A DNA stretch of 63,711 nucleotides, the filler included, from Bigelowiella natans CCMP2755 (lineage: Eukaryota; Protista; Cercozoa): the NCBI GenBank assembly GCA_000320545.1. It is 8 parts of 8 records of this genome, joined end to end, with 100 filler letters (N's around TTAATTAATTAA, not from the genome) between each part and the next. Parts side by side here need not be neighbours in the genome. Positions count along the whole stretch, not along the records: positions 25,804 to 40,333 come from ADNK01002109.1; positions 40,434 to 47,922 come from ADNK01000215.1; positions 48,023 to 52,441 come from ADNK01000412.1; positions 52,542 to 62,280 come from ADNK01002671.1; 4 more parts are not named here. The stretch is one strand, 5' to 3'. Of the stretch, positions 40,295 to 53,957 are shown piece after piece (within the stretch, counting starts at the first letter, position 1; every line of letters starts with the position of its first letter). Under the pieces are notes generated by a model. The model saw nothing but the letters and a program-made list of their open reading frames with translations. It was not told the origin of the DNA and made no database searches. The position numbers were made by a program, and so were the translations under genes.

Positions 40295-40433
40295 GTCGTT
40301 GTTAGTACGTACGTTACGTTATAATATATATATNNNNNNNNNNNNNNNNNNNNNNNNNNNNNNNNNNNNNNNNNNNNTTAATTAATTAANNNNNNNNNNN
40401 NNNNNNNNNNNNNNNNNNNNNNNNNNNNNNNNN

Positions 40434-41433
40434 CAATGAGAAATGTATTCATCACCCCCTCCCCCGCTCGGTGTCTTTTGTCCCCGTATCGTAGTCATAA
40501 TCGTGTAAGGTCAGGTAACTGCTCGGTAATATGGGGGGGGAATACTTGGTAAGAAACACATAAAGCATTCCTTAGGTTCATTTAGAGGGTTGGGGGGGGG
40601 GGGGGGGGGAATGAGGAAGAGAGAATTTCTTTCTTATATCGATCTTTGATACTGAAACAAAACAATACGACAAACACCAAACGATGGTATTTTCCTATCT
40701 GTGAGCTCCTGGGTAGGGAGATTAGGTGCTATCATGACAAGGATTATGAGGAGAAATGGGTATTATTATAAACTAGCACTTGCAATGAGGATGCGACCTT
40801 CGCCCTAGCCTTAATTTGCGCCGCAGTCGTCTCCAGCCTAGCGAACGCGTTGGACGAAGAAGGGACCATTAAGAATGACGGCAAGCGATTGCGTGAGAAT
40901 TGAATTAGGGAAGAGGAAGGAGAAGCGGCGTCTTTTTTTGGTAATAAACTTGATGTACCCCTTTCTCTTCTCTGCAGCGAAGTAATCGACTCCTGTTTCC
41001 CTGGATGGCCGCAAATGAGAGAGTTAGCCACCGCCTCCCCTCAATACATTGCCGCGATACTCACAATTACCAGAAATGAGTGATGCTTGCGAGGCGCCTG
41101 TACATGTACGTCTCCCATAGAAACCACTGCAAAACAGCAGGTGTTGCAGCAGCAGCAGCAGCGAATGTAACAACGCTGGATGAACGATATCTCTCGATTT
41201 CGGAGTTGGATTGCAATACATGATACACTCGAAAGGCTCTGGGGGAAGGGGGGGGGGGGGGGGGGGCGGGCAACAAACCGGTGCTTGTGACCACGTCGCC
41301 TTCCTGTCGACGTAACCTTTCAGGGCGGTGTTCCACTTCGTAAAAGAGGATGGAGAAGAAGAGGTGATGAGCCCAAATGCATACAGCATACGCGTGTGTT
41401 TGCGTGTGTGTGTGTGTGTGTGTGTATGTGTGT

Positions 41434-41467
<34 letters not shown>

Positions 41468-41830
41468 ATATCTCTTTAAAGAATCACAAAATACAATTTC
41501 ATATCATTGCAGATGTAAATTCTGGGGAAAACAAAGAATGGGGCGATAAATAGCCCCGTGGAGACTTACTTCGTCAGCATCATGTTTAGCGTCGGTGATG
41601 GGTTGCAGCGGCTTGTCGCCCTTTATCTCCTGAATTAGTGCTTCTACTCCTTCCACCTTGGTGTAGAGGGGGCGGTGAGGGAAGGAATATCAGGCTACTT
41701 TTTCTACATAGGGAAATTGTGAAGATATTTAAAAGCATACAGACTCTACAAACCGATACATTTGTTCGTGCATTATGTGTCCACCGCTTTTCATCAACAT
41801 GCAAATACCTCCATCTCCTCTCTCTCTCCC

Positions 41831-41880
<50 letters not shown>

Positions 41881-42126
41881 ATCCCCTTCTCCTCCTCCCC
41901 TCATACGAGCACATACATTAACAACAACACGTGTGCGCACATACAAACCGACATGTTGAGGCTTCAACTTATCCTTGCTATAATCCAGAGTCCGCTGTAA
42001 AATCTGTAGCGAAGATGGTTGTAGAGCGGTGATGGAGATTACATACTTGTTACGAACTACTTCGGCCTGATTTGAACTACACGCACACGCACACGCACAC
42101 ACACACACACACACACACACGCACGC

Positions 42127-42164
<38 letters not shown>

Positions 42165-42800
42165 TTTACCTGAGGTATCCTGTTCTTGAAGGTGTGGGAA
42201 ACGAAGGGGGAGCTGATTTCCAGTGGTGCCGAAGGAAGAACGACATCTATCACGGAAATCAGATCAATTATTTCGATGCGAAACACCTCCACTATGTTTC
42301 CCCGCCCCCCTCACCGATGTCTTCATTGTCTCCTTTGCCAAGCGATATCATCGATGCCAGGAAGAGCCTAACGACAAATGTGAAGCACAATTTATCAAAA
42401 AAGATCAGAGGGGCCGGTCCCTTGCATCGAATGTAAGTAAGTACCTTTCGAAATATAGAGCCCCGCTTAGTCTCAAGTCCAGCACGCTCGTTCGGGGGGT
42501 GGGCGGATTCGAATCTGTCAACCGTGATGCTCCGGCGACAGCTGCAGGCAAAATGGGACTGGATTGTATCACATTTAATCCATGCGACAACTAAAGAAAA
42601 TCGAATTTAAGACTTGGATCGCCTTGTGCTTTGAGCATCGGATTTCCACGGGCCGACACTCAATGCAGGATGTCGCACGCAATGCAAACCGGGGTCGGCA
42701 AGTAGCTTAGTCCAGGAGAGAAAAGCAAAGGAAGAAAAAAGAAAAACGTCGGAGAAAACACCAGAAGAAAGTCCGTGAAGTCCATGGAAGGGCCATGGAA
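40434..42800 (-). CDS. Hypothetical protein, multi-exon, boundaries uncertain
   Basis: Exons bounded by GT-AG such as DVVLPSAPLEISSPFVSHTFKNRIPQ/AEVVRNKYVISITALQPSSLQILQRTLDYSKDKLKPQH; no family recognised. Confidence 0.35.
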
Positions 42801-43567
42801 ATCGAAATGGCCCTCCATCCTTTCGAGGAGCATATTTTCTCTTGGAACGAGGACGGACGGCTTCGCGCGAAAAGACCCTAAAAAAAATAAAGAAGACCAG
42901 GGAAGAGAAACGGTATCTGTATCGGTTGTTCGTGGGGGACTCGACGGCCAGATACCCCATGCAGAAGGCATGTAGAAGGCGGGAAATCTCGATTGCAGTT
43001 TTAGGCCCTTTACATTGCGTGGTTTTGCATCTTGCGACATCTGAATATGCGTGGATAGGTCTTATTTGGGTTGGTTTTACCGCGTAGAGCCACCCCCCCC
43101 CCATTCCTATTTTTGAACGACCAGCATTTCCGCAAAAACGAGTTGCATTTTCGACCATAACCAACGAGAGGGCACGGTGGATTAAACTCGAATGTACGGC
43201 ATCTCTTGTATATTTTCTTACGACCTGCAACCCAAGAGTTTGGCTCATGGGAAAGGTGCAATTTGCTTGAAAGTATGGGGAAATAATAATGCGACATGTC
43301 CTTAAATTGTATCTGATTCAGAATTTGCACTTTTTCGCATAAACATGGTTCTTATTTAGATCTGAATCTCGTGTTGTGGAGGTTCCTCTCTCCTCACTCT
43401 CTTGACTGAGAACTACCCGCTCACTTTCTATCCGGTTGTGCCTCTCCCATCACAAAAAATTTCCAACCACCGGACGAAGCGTATACAATCCCTGTGACCC
43501 AAGTACAAGGATCAAGTTCAAAGCTTTGTTGGCTGCAGTGAAGTGTTGCTTTCACGAACTAAGAAAT

Positions 43568-43963
43568 ATGCCCCTTAAAAGATCGAAGAGCTCGAGAAAC
43601 GTCAGTCTTAGCTGTTTGTTCAAAGATCAAGAACAACCACAGAGCTTTGCACCAAGGAAGCGAAATTCCTTGAGCAGAGATGAAAATAACAACAATCTAT
43701 CACAGACCTCATCAATCGAGAGTTTTGGCGGGGAGCAGCTCGAAAGCAAAAATCCTAAACCTGTTCCGAGTGTGAGACTGCTTAAGAGAGCGCGGCGGCA
43801 GCGATGCGAAGAGGAGGATGATAAATTTTACAAGTGTGCCGGCTGCAAGCAGCGTAGACTTACGTCTGGTTTTTTCATGTACCTCGATCGTTGCTTTTGC
43901 TCGGAGGGATGCCGTAACGAGGCTATCACAATGGACGAAATACAGTTTCTTCAGCTTACATAA
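43568..43963 (+). CDS. FCS-like zinc finger (FLZ/DUF581) protein, intronless
   Basis: Disordered N-terminus followed by FYKCAGCKQRRLTSGFFMYLDRCFCSEGCRNEAITMDE, i.e. CxxC..MY...FCSxxCR...I.MDE. Confidence 0.8.
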   Translation: MPLKRSKSSRNVSLSCLFKDQEQPQSFAPRKRNSLSRDENNNNLSQTSSIESFGGEQLESKNPKPVPSVRLLKRARRQRCEEEDDKFYKCAGCKQRRLTSGFFMYLDRCFCSEGCRNEAITMDEIQFLQLT

Positions 43964-44639
43964 GATGATGCTATAATCTTGGCAATTTAGAAATTGTACA
44001 TAATTATCAGATATCGTTTTCAGCCCATACTTTATCCCCTCCTCTTTCAAAATAGAATAACCAGTAGTTACCTGTAGAGATCAATCGAAAAATGATGACG
44101 CCAATATAGTCAAATTCTTGCTTAAAGAAATGCTGCATGTACCTAAGGACCTAGTAAAACGCCAGGCTTTCAACCTGAAGGTGCCTTAGGCCATCGCTTG
44201 TTTTTAGCTCCGTTAACTGACCACGGAAACAAGGCCTGGTCGCAGTATTATCGACGTTGGCGATACACTTCTCAGAAATAAATGAAATAACCCTAGGGTG
44301 GGCATTATACTTCATACTTAATTTTTCCTTGTCACACCTGTGCTTTCTTTTTTAAAAATTAGAACCTCAGTAGGTCCAGCAAACCTAGTATTTGGTTTGT
44401 ATTCCATTTTCTAAACATTGATGATGATTACCCCGAATGAATCAAATATCTACACAGGACGATAATTCGTCCACTCTATGATGTGTCGACAGATTAACAT
44501 AGTTATGAGTCTTCATTATCCTTTTACTTTGTAGAATAAATTCACACATAGTCTGCAATGCTAAAAGTCGCCTAAATTGGAGTGTACTCCAGATTCTGGC
44601 ATTAACAATGCAATATATTTTCACGGAGACATTTATACA

Positions 44640-45229
44640 TGATGCTGGTGTCTGTCCAGCTCCGATCCTGCACGCTTACAAAGTATGGTACTTGCTCCGT
44701 GCAACTTCGTACATGCTGAAGGAATAATGAAGCAACTCGCAAGGCTCGCTTCGTGCATACTGACTTGCTGGCGTACCGCGCGCTACCATATATAGCTGTT
44801 CTGTATCTAGGTATCTAGATGTGGCCATCGCAATAACGTTAATTGCACATGGCGCATTTAGATTATAAGATATGCAGTGCATATTTGCATCGTATGCGAT
44901 GTATGTGTGCAGCATGTCTAGCTACTAGCTGTAGCAGATGTGTGGAATAAACGAGAAGAAACTTGCCTGTCATCGAATACTGTGCGATGCGTACACGCAT
45001 GCCTAGCTAGCTAGATCTAGAGATGCCATGCTAGTACATATGAGTGGTATGTGTACTTCTATATACTACTGGCCATATTTATTACACTGCATGCACACGC
45101 GCGCTAGCGCGTGCTACGCGCTTACGTATATGTGTAGGCGCTGGCATGCATGCTCCAATCAGTTGTCAACTTTACGTATATGTGTAGGCGCTGGCATGCA
45201 TGCTCCAATCAGTTGTCAACTTTATAGGC
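44640..45229. other. CTAG/CATG micro-palindrome-rich intergenic patch (convergent region 4), with 51-bp tandem duplication at 45122-45224
   Basis: tatctaggtatctagat, gcatgcctagctagctagatctagagatgccatgctag, cacgcgcgctagcgcgtg. Confidence 0.8.
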
Positions 45230-46520
45230 CTAATCCTTAATCATTATGCGTCGTGCCTGATGCATCGCACCATGCCTCTTCAGGTGCGAATTTTGAGTGA
45301 AAGCTTCGGGGCAGCTCTGGCATTTGAAGGGCCGCTCTCCACTATGAATCAACCGATGCCGATTTAAGTGCCCAACTCGGCTGAAACTGGAACTGCCGTT
45401 ATCATAGAAAAAGGATTTACATTCTAAGCACAGCAGTAGCATCACCATGCACCTTCCTATCGAATGTCAAGTTATGTACGGAGGAAATCAAGACGACTGT
45501 TTACATCATTTTTGGGACCGACTTGCATATGTCGCACGAGTATGGTCGGAGAACATTATGAACGGCATCCACGTGGTCTTGAAGCACGCGCTGAAATGAT
45601 GGCGAAGAATAGGTTGAAGAAGAGGAGACAGAAGAGGCTCACACTCTTATATGGCAAACATAAAACGGTCAACCGCAACCTTCGTGCAATATAGCTTCGA
45701 GCACTTCATACAGTAAAATCTTAAGCAAAGTTGGCTGCGAAGTCGATGTAAACAGATTAAGTAGATCAAAGTCAGATAAAAGGTCACATGTTTTTTCTCC
45801 TTTATGTGTCTTCTCTCTCACTCCCTCCGTCTCTCTCTCTCTCACCAGAGTTGTGGCAAGACACCGCCGGTCAACGAGATGTACGTCCTGATTCTGCAGC
45901 GACGAAAAGATTGCTCATTGAATTACGACGCCTTGCTTCGATGTGGCGTGGGATATAATACTTCCCGTGTTAGTAACTTTACCTTGTTGAAGATGATCCA
46001 AGTGAAAACTTGCACTTCCGACACAGCGAACTGAGATCCCTTTTTTTAATGGGTGAATTTCAATGTCAATGACTTATCGCCTCGGGGAATTATTACTAAG
46101 CTCACCCGTGCTTTCTCTCGTGAAGGATTCGTTTCCTCCTAAAAGGTTTGCTTTAGTCAGTAACACAATTCAACTCAAGCAATTTGTACGGGTTGCTGCA
46201 GCCCCTCTCTTCCCCTCCTTTTCTTGCTCTCTAATCCAGACTCTGTGCGTTTCTTCAATTGTGACATTTCAATGCTTTAAGTTGAATATCCACGCTCCAC
46301 TAAAAGCACAGTTACTATTCCTACACTTACGTTGTTGGGAGAACTCTAGAGCAGACCCCACACACCGATCTGTTGATGGATGGCTTGGATCCTGGAGGCT
46401 GTCTTCCTACAGCAACCTTGGCGTTGCTATCAAGAACAGTGACAGCATGCTGCCCTCCCCACCCTCCAGAGGTCCCCAGACAAACATTCATTGCCAGGAT
46501 GAAGGCGCTTGACATCAACG
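45230..46520 (-). CDS. C2H2 zinc-finger protein (at least 4 fingers); start uncertain
   Basis: Spliced CGVCSRVLPTT/RKRILHERKH, FYCMKCSKLYCTK/RVLQDHVDAVHNVLRPYSCDIC/SSFSRVGHLNRHRLIHSGERPFKCQSCPEAFTQNSHLKRHGAMH; HSGERPF linker. Confidence 0.85.
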
Positions 46521-47060
46521 CAATGGGGTGAACAGGGCTCTGCAGCAGTCGAGCATCGGCTGCCGGTCGGGGTCCGGCTACTCAGATGAGCCGGAGGCAA
46601 AGGCGGAAGTATTTTTTTATCCCGGAAAACATCTTAGATTCCTCTAGCAATCGCCAGCCAAATGTTGGAAGCATGTTGTCGCAGCTGCGTATAATTACAG
46701 GGCAAATAAATGCGCCGAGAATATCTGAAGGATTCCGCAATTTTCGTGTGGCTCGGCACGAACCGGCTTGAGAAGGACCTGTCTGTCGCAAGTCTGCAGG
46801 ACGAGGCCAGTGTTCCTGCGACACCGATTTGCGGATGTTCCCCGCATGAAAAATGCGATATATCCACGGTGCTTCTCCGTGCTTCCCATGTCGCGAGTCT
46901 TTGAGAATGAATTGGAAAGAATAGACAAAATTATCATGCGAGAAACATCGTAAATTGAGACTTACATATATAAGTATACACTGGGAAATTAATCTGCGAA
47001 GACCCTAACGCGCTTCTGCCGATCCCCTTGGATTCGATGGAAAGCCCACCCGGATGAAAC

Positions 47061-47884
47061 ATGGCGATGGCAGTCTCTCGCCTTCCTGTAGTGTTAGCCC
47101 TGACTCTTGTCGGGCTGATACTGCTGCATGAAAGCGATGGGGGGCGTCACGGCGGCAGTGAATCCTGGGGGGGGGCTCCGGTGGGAGATCATAGGTTGGC
47201 TGCAACCTTGCTACGCCGGAAGGACGCTCAGAGAGCAAAAAGGGAGAGAATGCCCATTAGTCGAAGGAAAGGAGTCGTAGAAAACACCTTCTTGCGTTTA
47301 CAAAGGCTCCGAGGAGGCAACGGGGTAGGATTCGATAGAAACGGCTGCGGTGCCATACCTCCTAAATCAGATCAGGATAATGCCAGTTGTCCCCGCGACA
47401 AATGCGACGATGAAGCCGGCGCCAGGTTCAGCCTGTTGCGTTTTCTGGGATACGACACCGATACCGACCTTCCCAAGGTCGTCGCCGCATTTCATCATCC
47501 ATCGGATAAACACGGCTTCTCACAGCATGCTACACACGTGCAGAGCAAGTTCTCGACTCGATCCTCTGTTTTGCCACGAAATTGATTTCCACACTATGTA
47601 ATCATATACCTTTGGTTAGCCGTCTACTCTTACTCTTCCGTACATTGCCGCAAAGCCTCTCCTACATCATAGCTAGTTGTGATGCCAAGTGTTGCATTTA
47701 CCCTTGCCCCTCCCCACCCCCCACACACCTTCATCAGAACTACGACCGAAGTGTGGAGCCGAAAGTCCAGGAATGGTGGGAGGCGCACCGCTGTTTCGAG
47801 CCCAGAGAAGGAGAGCAGCAGCAGATGTGTGCGGAGAAAAGGAGAAACTACACGATTCCGATGCCTCCGCCGAACGTTACCGGG
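47061..47884 (+). CDS. valS: Valyl-tRNA synthetase N-terminus with bipartite (signal + transit-like) presequence, 3'-truncated
   Basis: NYDRSVEPKVQEWWEAHRCFEP..YTIPMPPPNVTG precedes the ValRS HIGH motif; N-terminal MAVSRLPVVLALTLVGLILLHES. Confidence 0.85.
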
Positions 47885-48022
47885 TAGTATGCTTTATCAA
47901 TCAACAAACGATATATATATATNNNNNNNNNNNNNNNNNNNNNNNNNNNNNNNNNNNNNNNNNNNNTTAATTAATTAANNNNNNNNNNNNNNNNNNNNNN
48001 NNNNNNNNNNNNNNNNNNNNNN

Positions 48023-48094
48023 TGTTGGGGTTGAGCGGAGAGTAAGCTTCGAGGACCATGCCGTTGGAGACCACATCAGGCGCTGAGAGTGGGT

Positions 48095-48136
<42 letters not shown>

Positions 48137-48347
48137 GGAGAAGTGGCTAAGTATCATGCACCTCGAATATGACATTATCATCCATCATCATCATCATCAT
48201 CATCATCATAAATATTTATTAGTCGTACTCCCATCACCGCCAACCTCACTTCTACTATTTTCATGCTCCAAAGCTCTCTGCTTCAAAGCACCTGCAAGTC
48301 GTCTCTTCCTCCCTCCCTTTCTTCTTCTTCTTCTTCTTCTTCTTCCC

Positions 48348-48398
<51 letters not shown>

Positions 48399-49813
48399 TG
48401 TACCCTTGGCGAGCAGTTTCTTGCTTGTTGCGACCGAGAAGCCTTCGATAGGAAACCCCTGCGGGATCAGCCTCCCACCGCACACCTTCACCACATCAAA
48501 CCGCGCCGTCCCCAAATCCGTCTGGAGCATCACAGCAACGGTGGTATTGCCCTGCCGCATGCACGTTAGCTTCAGGGACACGATTGCATCGTCCTTGCCC
48601 TTTTCTACGGTTACACCCCTCCCACCCCCCCCCGCTGTGGTAGTTGTCGTCCTGCTTCCACCGAGTAGTAGGGTATCCACGTTTACGACGCTGGAGTTAA
48701 GAACCAAGGTATTCACCTCGATTATTCGCAACGGTCTTTTCCCACCTGTAGTAATAGCAGGAGGAGAAGAAGCAGTGGCACCGCGCTTGACGACGAGACT
48801 GGCGAAGTAGCTTACTGCAACGACGTTGGCCGGGATGATAATAGTGGAAGATGAAGAAGACGATAGGGAAGAAGAAGAAGATTCACCCGTCCCGTTCTTA
48901 GCGCTGTTGGCAGAATGATTGTTATCATCATCGTGGACTTTGTCGTCATCGTAGTCGTCATCGTCGTCGCCGTGCGCTACTGTCGGTTGTATTCGATACG
49001 CTTTCGCTACGATACCGTGGCTGATCACATCGTCTCCACCGCGTTCAGTGCCTAAGAATCATCATTATCATCGTTATCACCAGCAGCACAATGCAGCTAT
49101 GTTATTATTGTCAGCAGCAGCAGCAGCAGCAGTAGTAGTAGATAAACAGTACCAATGTTCAAGTCATCGATCACAACAGATTGCTGATTCTCCGGCGACT
49201 CGCATCGTTTCGGTAGCCTAATGCGCAGCTTTTGGAATTCATATCGAGGGGGGGGGGGTATGCTGCTCCTCCTTATCGCCTTGTTTCTCTTGCCTTTTGT
49301 CGTCGTCTCATTGCCACCGATGCTACTACCATCACTGATTACCTGTCTTCTCGTCTGGAAAATGACGTTGGCGTGTGTGAGACCTTTCTTACGACATTTA
49401 AGCTGGATGAAAAACTCCGCGGGAAGGATCTTGGAGTTCTTCATCCTCCTCCGGCTGCTTGCCCCCCCCCTCCTTTTCCCCCCGGTTGGGGAGTAGTAAT
49501 AGTTTCCCTCTTCGTCCTGCTGCCTCCACTCGTCCTCATCGAGTGTCGCAGTGGCGATTGATCGGTCACGGACAAACACGGCAGGGCGTTCTAAGAAGAT
49601 CGTAGCTGCGGCTGCGGCCTTTTCTGAGTAATTAGCAGTCACCACTGGCGCTGAAGGGGGGGGGGCGAAGACGCGGACGCGCACAAGATGGGTCGAGGGT
49701 GGGATAGCGCGTCTTATTTCCTCTTGCTCTTCTTTCTCCTCTTCCTCGCTCTTCCTCCTCTTCATTACAGCGCACCGTGCTGTGGCGATAACAGTCACAC
49801 GTCGTCGTTTAAG

Positions 49814-49847
<34 letters not shown>

Positions 49848-50258
49848 AACGACGACGATGGTGGTGGAGGTGGGGATGAGGATGGTGATGACGGATCTTC
49901 TTCCTCCGCGAGTGTATGCACGCCCCCTCCTTGCACCGAACCTCTTCCTGTTATAAACGGGCTGTTTTGATGTGGTTTCTTCTGTTCTGATATCGATGTA
50001 GAAGAATGATTTGAAGATGCTGTCGCCGCTACTTCCTTGTCAACTATGTTGTTGTTTTGCTTGTACTGCGCGACGCAAGTCCAGCCTACAGGATCTTCGC
50101 TCGGAGCTCCGTGCAGCAGCTCCAGGTCTAATAATTGCAAAACAACGATTTGATGTAATTGGTGATGGCGTTGTGACTGACTTTCTTGTGTTGAAAGCAT
50201 GGAAGGTGAAAGTTTGAATACATTTATTCATTCATAATATTTTATATACATATATATT

Positions 50259-50324
<66 letters not shown>

Positions 50325-50756
50325 GTAGATTTGCAACATGGAGCTCCCAGGTTCACATATCTGAATCACATATGGTCTTCCACACAGCGACTGGAGAGAA
50401 GCATGCCGCATACGACGAAATCATCATTGTCTTGAGATGTTCTTTCCCTCCTCCTTCTCCTTCTATTCTTAAGTAAAGCGATTCATCTACCTTCCGATAA
50501 GTGGCAGGTGCCCCCGAGCACATATACGGCATTCTTCTCCATATCAATGCCACTAATGGATAGTAATCATGAGTATGAGAAGGAAAGGCAATCATCACAT
50601 TAGATGTCGTTGATGATCGTAAGCTGTAACGGCTACATGTTGCAAAGCATTTCATCCATCCCCCTGCTATCTATGCACGTGCTTTTGTTCTCAGCTACCA
50701 CAGCCAAGAGGCTGAATGGTGGTGGTGTTTAGTCGATGGATGGTTGGAGCAACTTA

Positions 50757-50790
<34 letters not shown>

Positions 50791-52157
50791 CTAGTGTTGC
50801 ATATTGCTTGTGCTGTGACAACAGTAGTAGAAGCCCCAACATCCTTACTCCTTTCCCCTTTTGCTTTCCCTTTATGATGTTTTTTCTTCTTCTTTCTATT
50901 CTTCTTATTTTTCTTCTTGTGATGATGGTGTTTTCCCTCCTCCTCCTTCTTCTTCTTCTTCTTCTTCTTCTTCTCCTTCTTTTTCTTCCTCTTTTCCGTA
51001 TTCCCCTCCTTCTCCTCCCCCTTCTCCTCCACCTCCCCCTCCTCCTTCACAGCCAATATCTTCACTGCGTGTTCGGGGTCAGCACCATAAACCATTTCTT
51101 GGGTCTCGTGGACTAGTGGGAGCAGCCGATAGTTTGCGTCTTACGTATTGTCCAAATTAGCATATTATTATTACGATACATCCAAATTAGCATATGATTA
51201 TTACGATACAACAATAAGATTGCTTCGTGCATGGGAACGCAGACATATATATTTGGCACCACCTAGCTAAAGGTAAACCGTTTCAAAGAAACGGGAAGGA
51301 AAAAAGGAGGGTGTGGGAAAGGAGGAGGAGGAGGAGGAGGAGGAGGAGGAGGAGGAGGAGCACGGAAATTATTACTCTTTTTCCGGGCACAGACCCCATG
51401 AGCAACCTAACGAGTGACGACGAAGACGACGACGATTATGATTCTTACAATGTCAGTTGTTGTAGCACTTAGATGACGACGCCTCACTGTAAAACCGTAA
51501 TCGCATATCTGACATATACCTCCTGAGCAGGGCAGCTGAAGGAAGTTTCCGAGAAATTTCCCGCCAATGTTCCGTGCTCCTATGTCGTTCATACATGTGT
51601 GCGTGCATATGTGCGGGCTGACGGGGATGTCGGCGGTCGCAAGCCGTGCTTCGCTACTGCTGCAGCAGATGTGATGGTGATGATGATGATGATGATGATG
51701 ATGAGCAGCACTAAAATAGACCACAACCACAGATACAATTCCTCACATTAATAACAAAAAATGTTCTGCGAAGTGCTATCTGATACGCCAAAGATCCCTT
51801 CATCACAAGATTTTGGAGTAAGTTGCTGTGTTATTTCCTCTTACTGGTTTTCTACTGCTATTGCCGCTGCTACTACTTACTACTACTCCTACTACTACTA
51901 CTACTACTACTACCATTGATTTCTCGCCATCCCGTGCACATCCCCCACTGAGGACTAAAAGGTCTTCGGGGCATCTGAACAACGGGGTTGTCATGATCTT
52001 GATGATGATGATTATGATAATGATGACGATAAGGAGCACGATAAATACAGCAACTATGACTATTACTTTTCTCATAATCATGGGGATAACAATTAGGCTG
52101 TTCCTCAACGACAACAACAATTTATCGAGCAGGTATGTAAAACAAACCCATACATAT

Positions 52158-52226
<69 letters not shown>

Positions 52227-52320
52227 TTATTATCCCCGGCTAATCTTTTCAGCCTCACTGGAAGTTGTTTGGAGCCCCGACTCCTTCGTTGTTTCCCTTT
52301 TCCATATTCGAGAAGTGGAA
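48023..52320 (-). CDS. Large hypothetical (probably extracellular) protein with Cys-bracketed internal repeats; truncated by contig ends
   Basis: Repeating pattern: LKCRKKGLTHANVIF..LPKRC..DLNIG/TERGGDDVISHGIVAKAY and LTCMRQGNTTVAVML..VVKVCGG..GFSVATS../APDVVSNGMVLEAY. Confidence 0.5.
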
Positions 52321-52541
52321 GCTAGGAGAGAGGCCGATCTGCTCTGGTGCACAAACCGCAACTACCGAACCTTCAGGATTACAACAACGTGGATCGTTAT
52401 TATTCACAATATTCAAATCTTGTCATCAAAATTGAAACTAGNNNNNNNNNNNNNNNNNNNNNNNNNNNNNNNNNNNNNNNNNNNNTTAATTAATTAANNN
52501 NNNNNNNNNNNNNNNNNNNNNNNNNNNNNNNNNNNNNNNNN

Positions 52542-53029
52542 TGCAATAAAATGGGGCTGGTGTCCCGCTACTGGCACGACTCCCGGTAGTATCAGCCTGC
52601 GCGCGGCGACGATTTGGAATTTGTTTTGGCTCAAATATCCGCTCGCTATCGCTGTCGTGCTTGAAGCTTGCACATTCGAATTAGTCTATTTTTTGGTCGA
52701 GGGGACATCTTATTCGGGAATTCGCTGTTTCGTCAAATATGAATATGCCTATTGTTAATTCGGCACATCGAGAGGAGGGGGGGGGGGGGGAGGAGGGGGC
52801 TGGGAATGCGCTTTAAACTGATGTCCTTCGATCATTTGATGCCGTTGATGATGTTATTTCAAGAAAACATGAATATGCATGTGCGTACGGAGCAAAATAG
52901 ATACACACATGATGCGTATTGTTTTTAAAAAAATTAGATGTGAAATTTGCATATTATATTTGATTCTGATTTGTTTAAAGGCCTTTTCCCAACATTACAC
53001 CCCATTCACTTCGACTCTCCCCCCCTCTC

Positions 53030-53080
<51 letters not shown>

Positions 53081-53297
53081 GTGTTCTTTCCTTTAGTTGG
53101 GTACTCCTATCCCCACGCCTAAGCAGAGCGACATAGATGAGGATGATGACATTGCTGGGGGGGGAGGAGAGGAGGAGGCCGACAATAGTGACGCACACGT
53201 CAAAACCAAAAACAGCAGCGACCACAAGAATATAAGCAAGAGGAAAGAAACGAAATTCGAGTAATACACAAACACACAAACACAAAAACACACTTAT

Positions 53298-53338
<41 letters not shown>

Positions 53339-53885
53339 TCATTCATACCTAACTGCCCCCCTCCCCTTTGAAATGCTACACAAACAAAAGCTACACAATC
53401 GATCTCACTGCCGCTGGAGGAGACAAAGAAGGCCAGGGTAGTAGTGTAATCGGCCACAGCAGTAGCTCAGAGGGCAAGAGGACAAATCAAAGCGATCGAA
53501 GTAGAAGCTCCTTGCAGCCTCCCTCCTCGTCCATCCTCCCTGAAAACGTGCAAGGTCTCGAGGAGGAGGGGGAAGAGAAGAAAAACGACAATAAAAAGCA
53601 GCAAAATAGCTGCAATAGCTGCAGGTTAAGCGCGGACTCCATCGAGCAATACTGTTCTATCGACTTGAATAGGTAGGCGGGTGTGGGGGGGGGAGTTAGG
53701 AGAGTGGTAAAATGCAGTAGCAGCAGTAGTAGTAGTAGTAGCAGTGGCAGTAGTAGTATTAGGAGGAGGAGGAGGAGGAGGAGGTGGGGGGGGGGGAAGG
53801 AACATGGTGCAGGTGAAAGAGGAAGGGGATTTGAATATAGAGAAGGTAGCGGTGATAAATTTGGGAAATCGATACGAAATCAAAC

Positions 53886-53957
<72 letters not shown>

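Noticed and set aside
44161-44240. Possible structured ncRNA (ccaggc...gcctgg, cttgttt...aaacaag)
   Set aside because: Short, mutually competing stems; no tRNA, snoRNA or snRNA motifs recognised.
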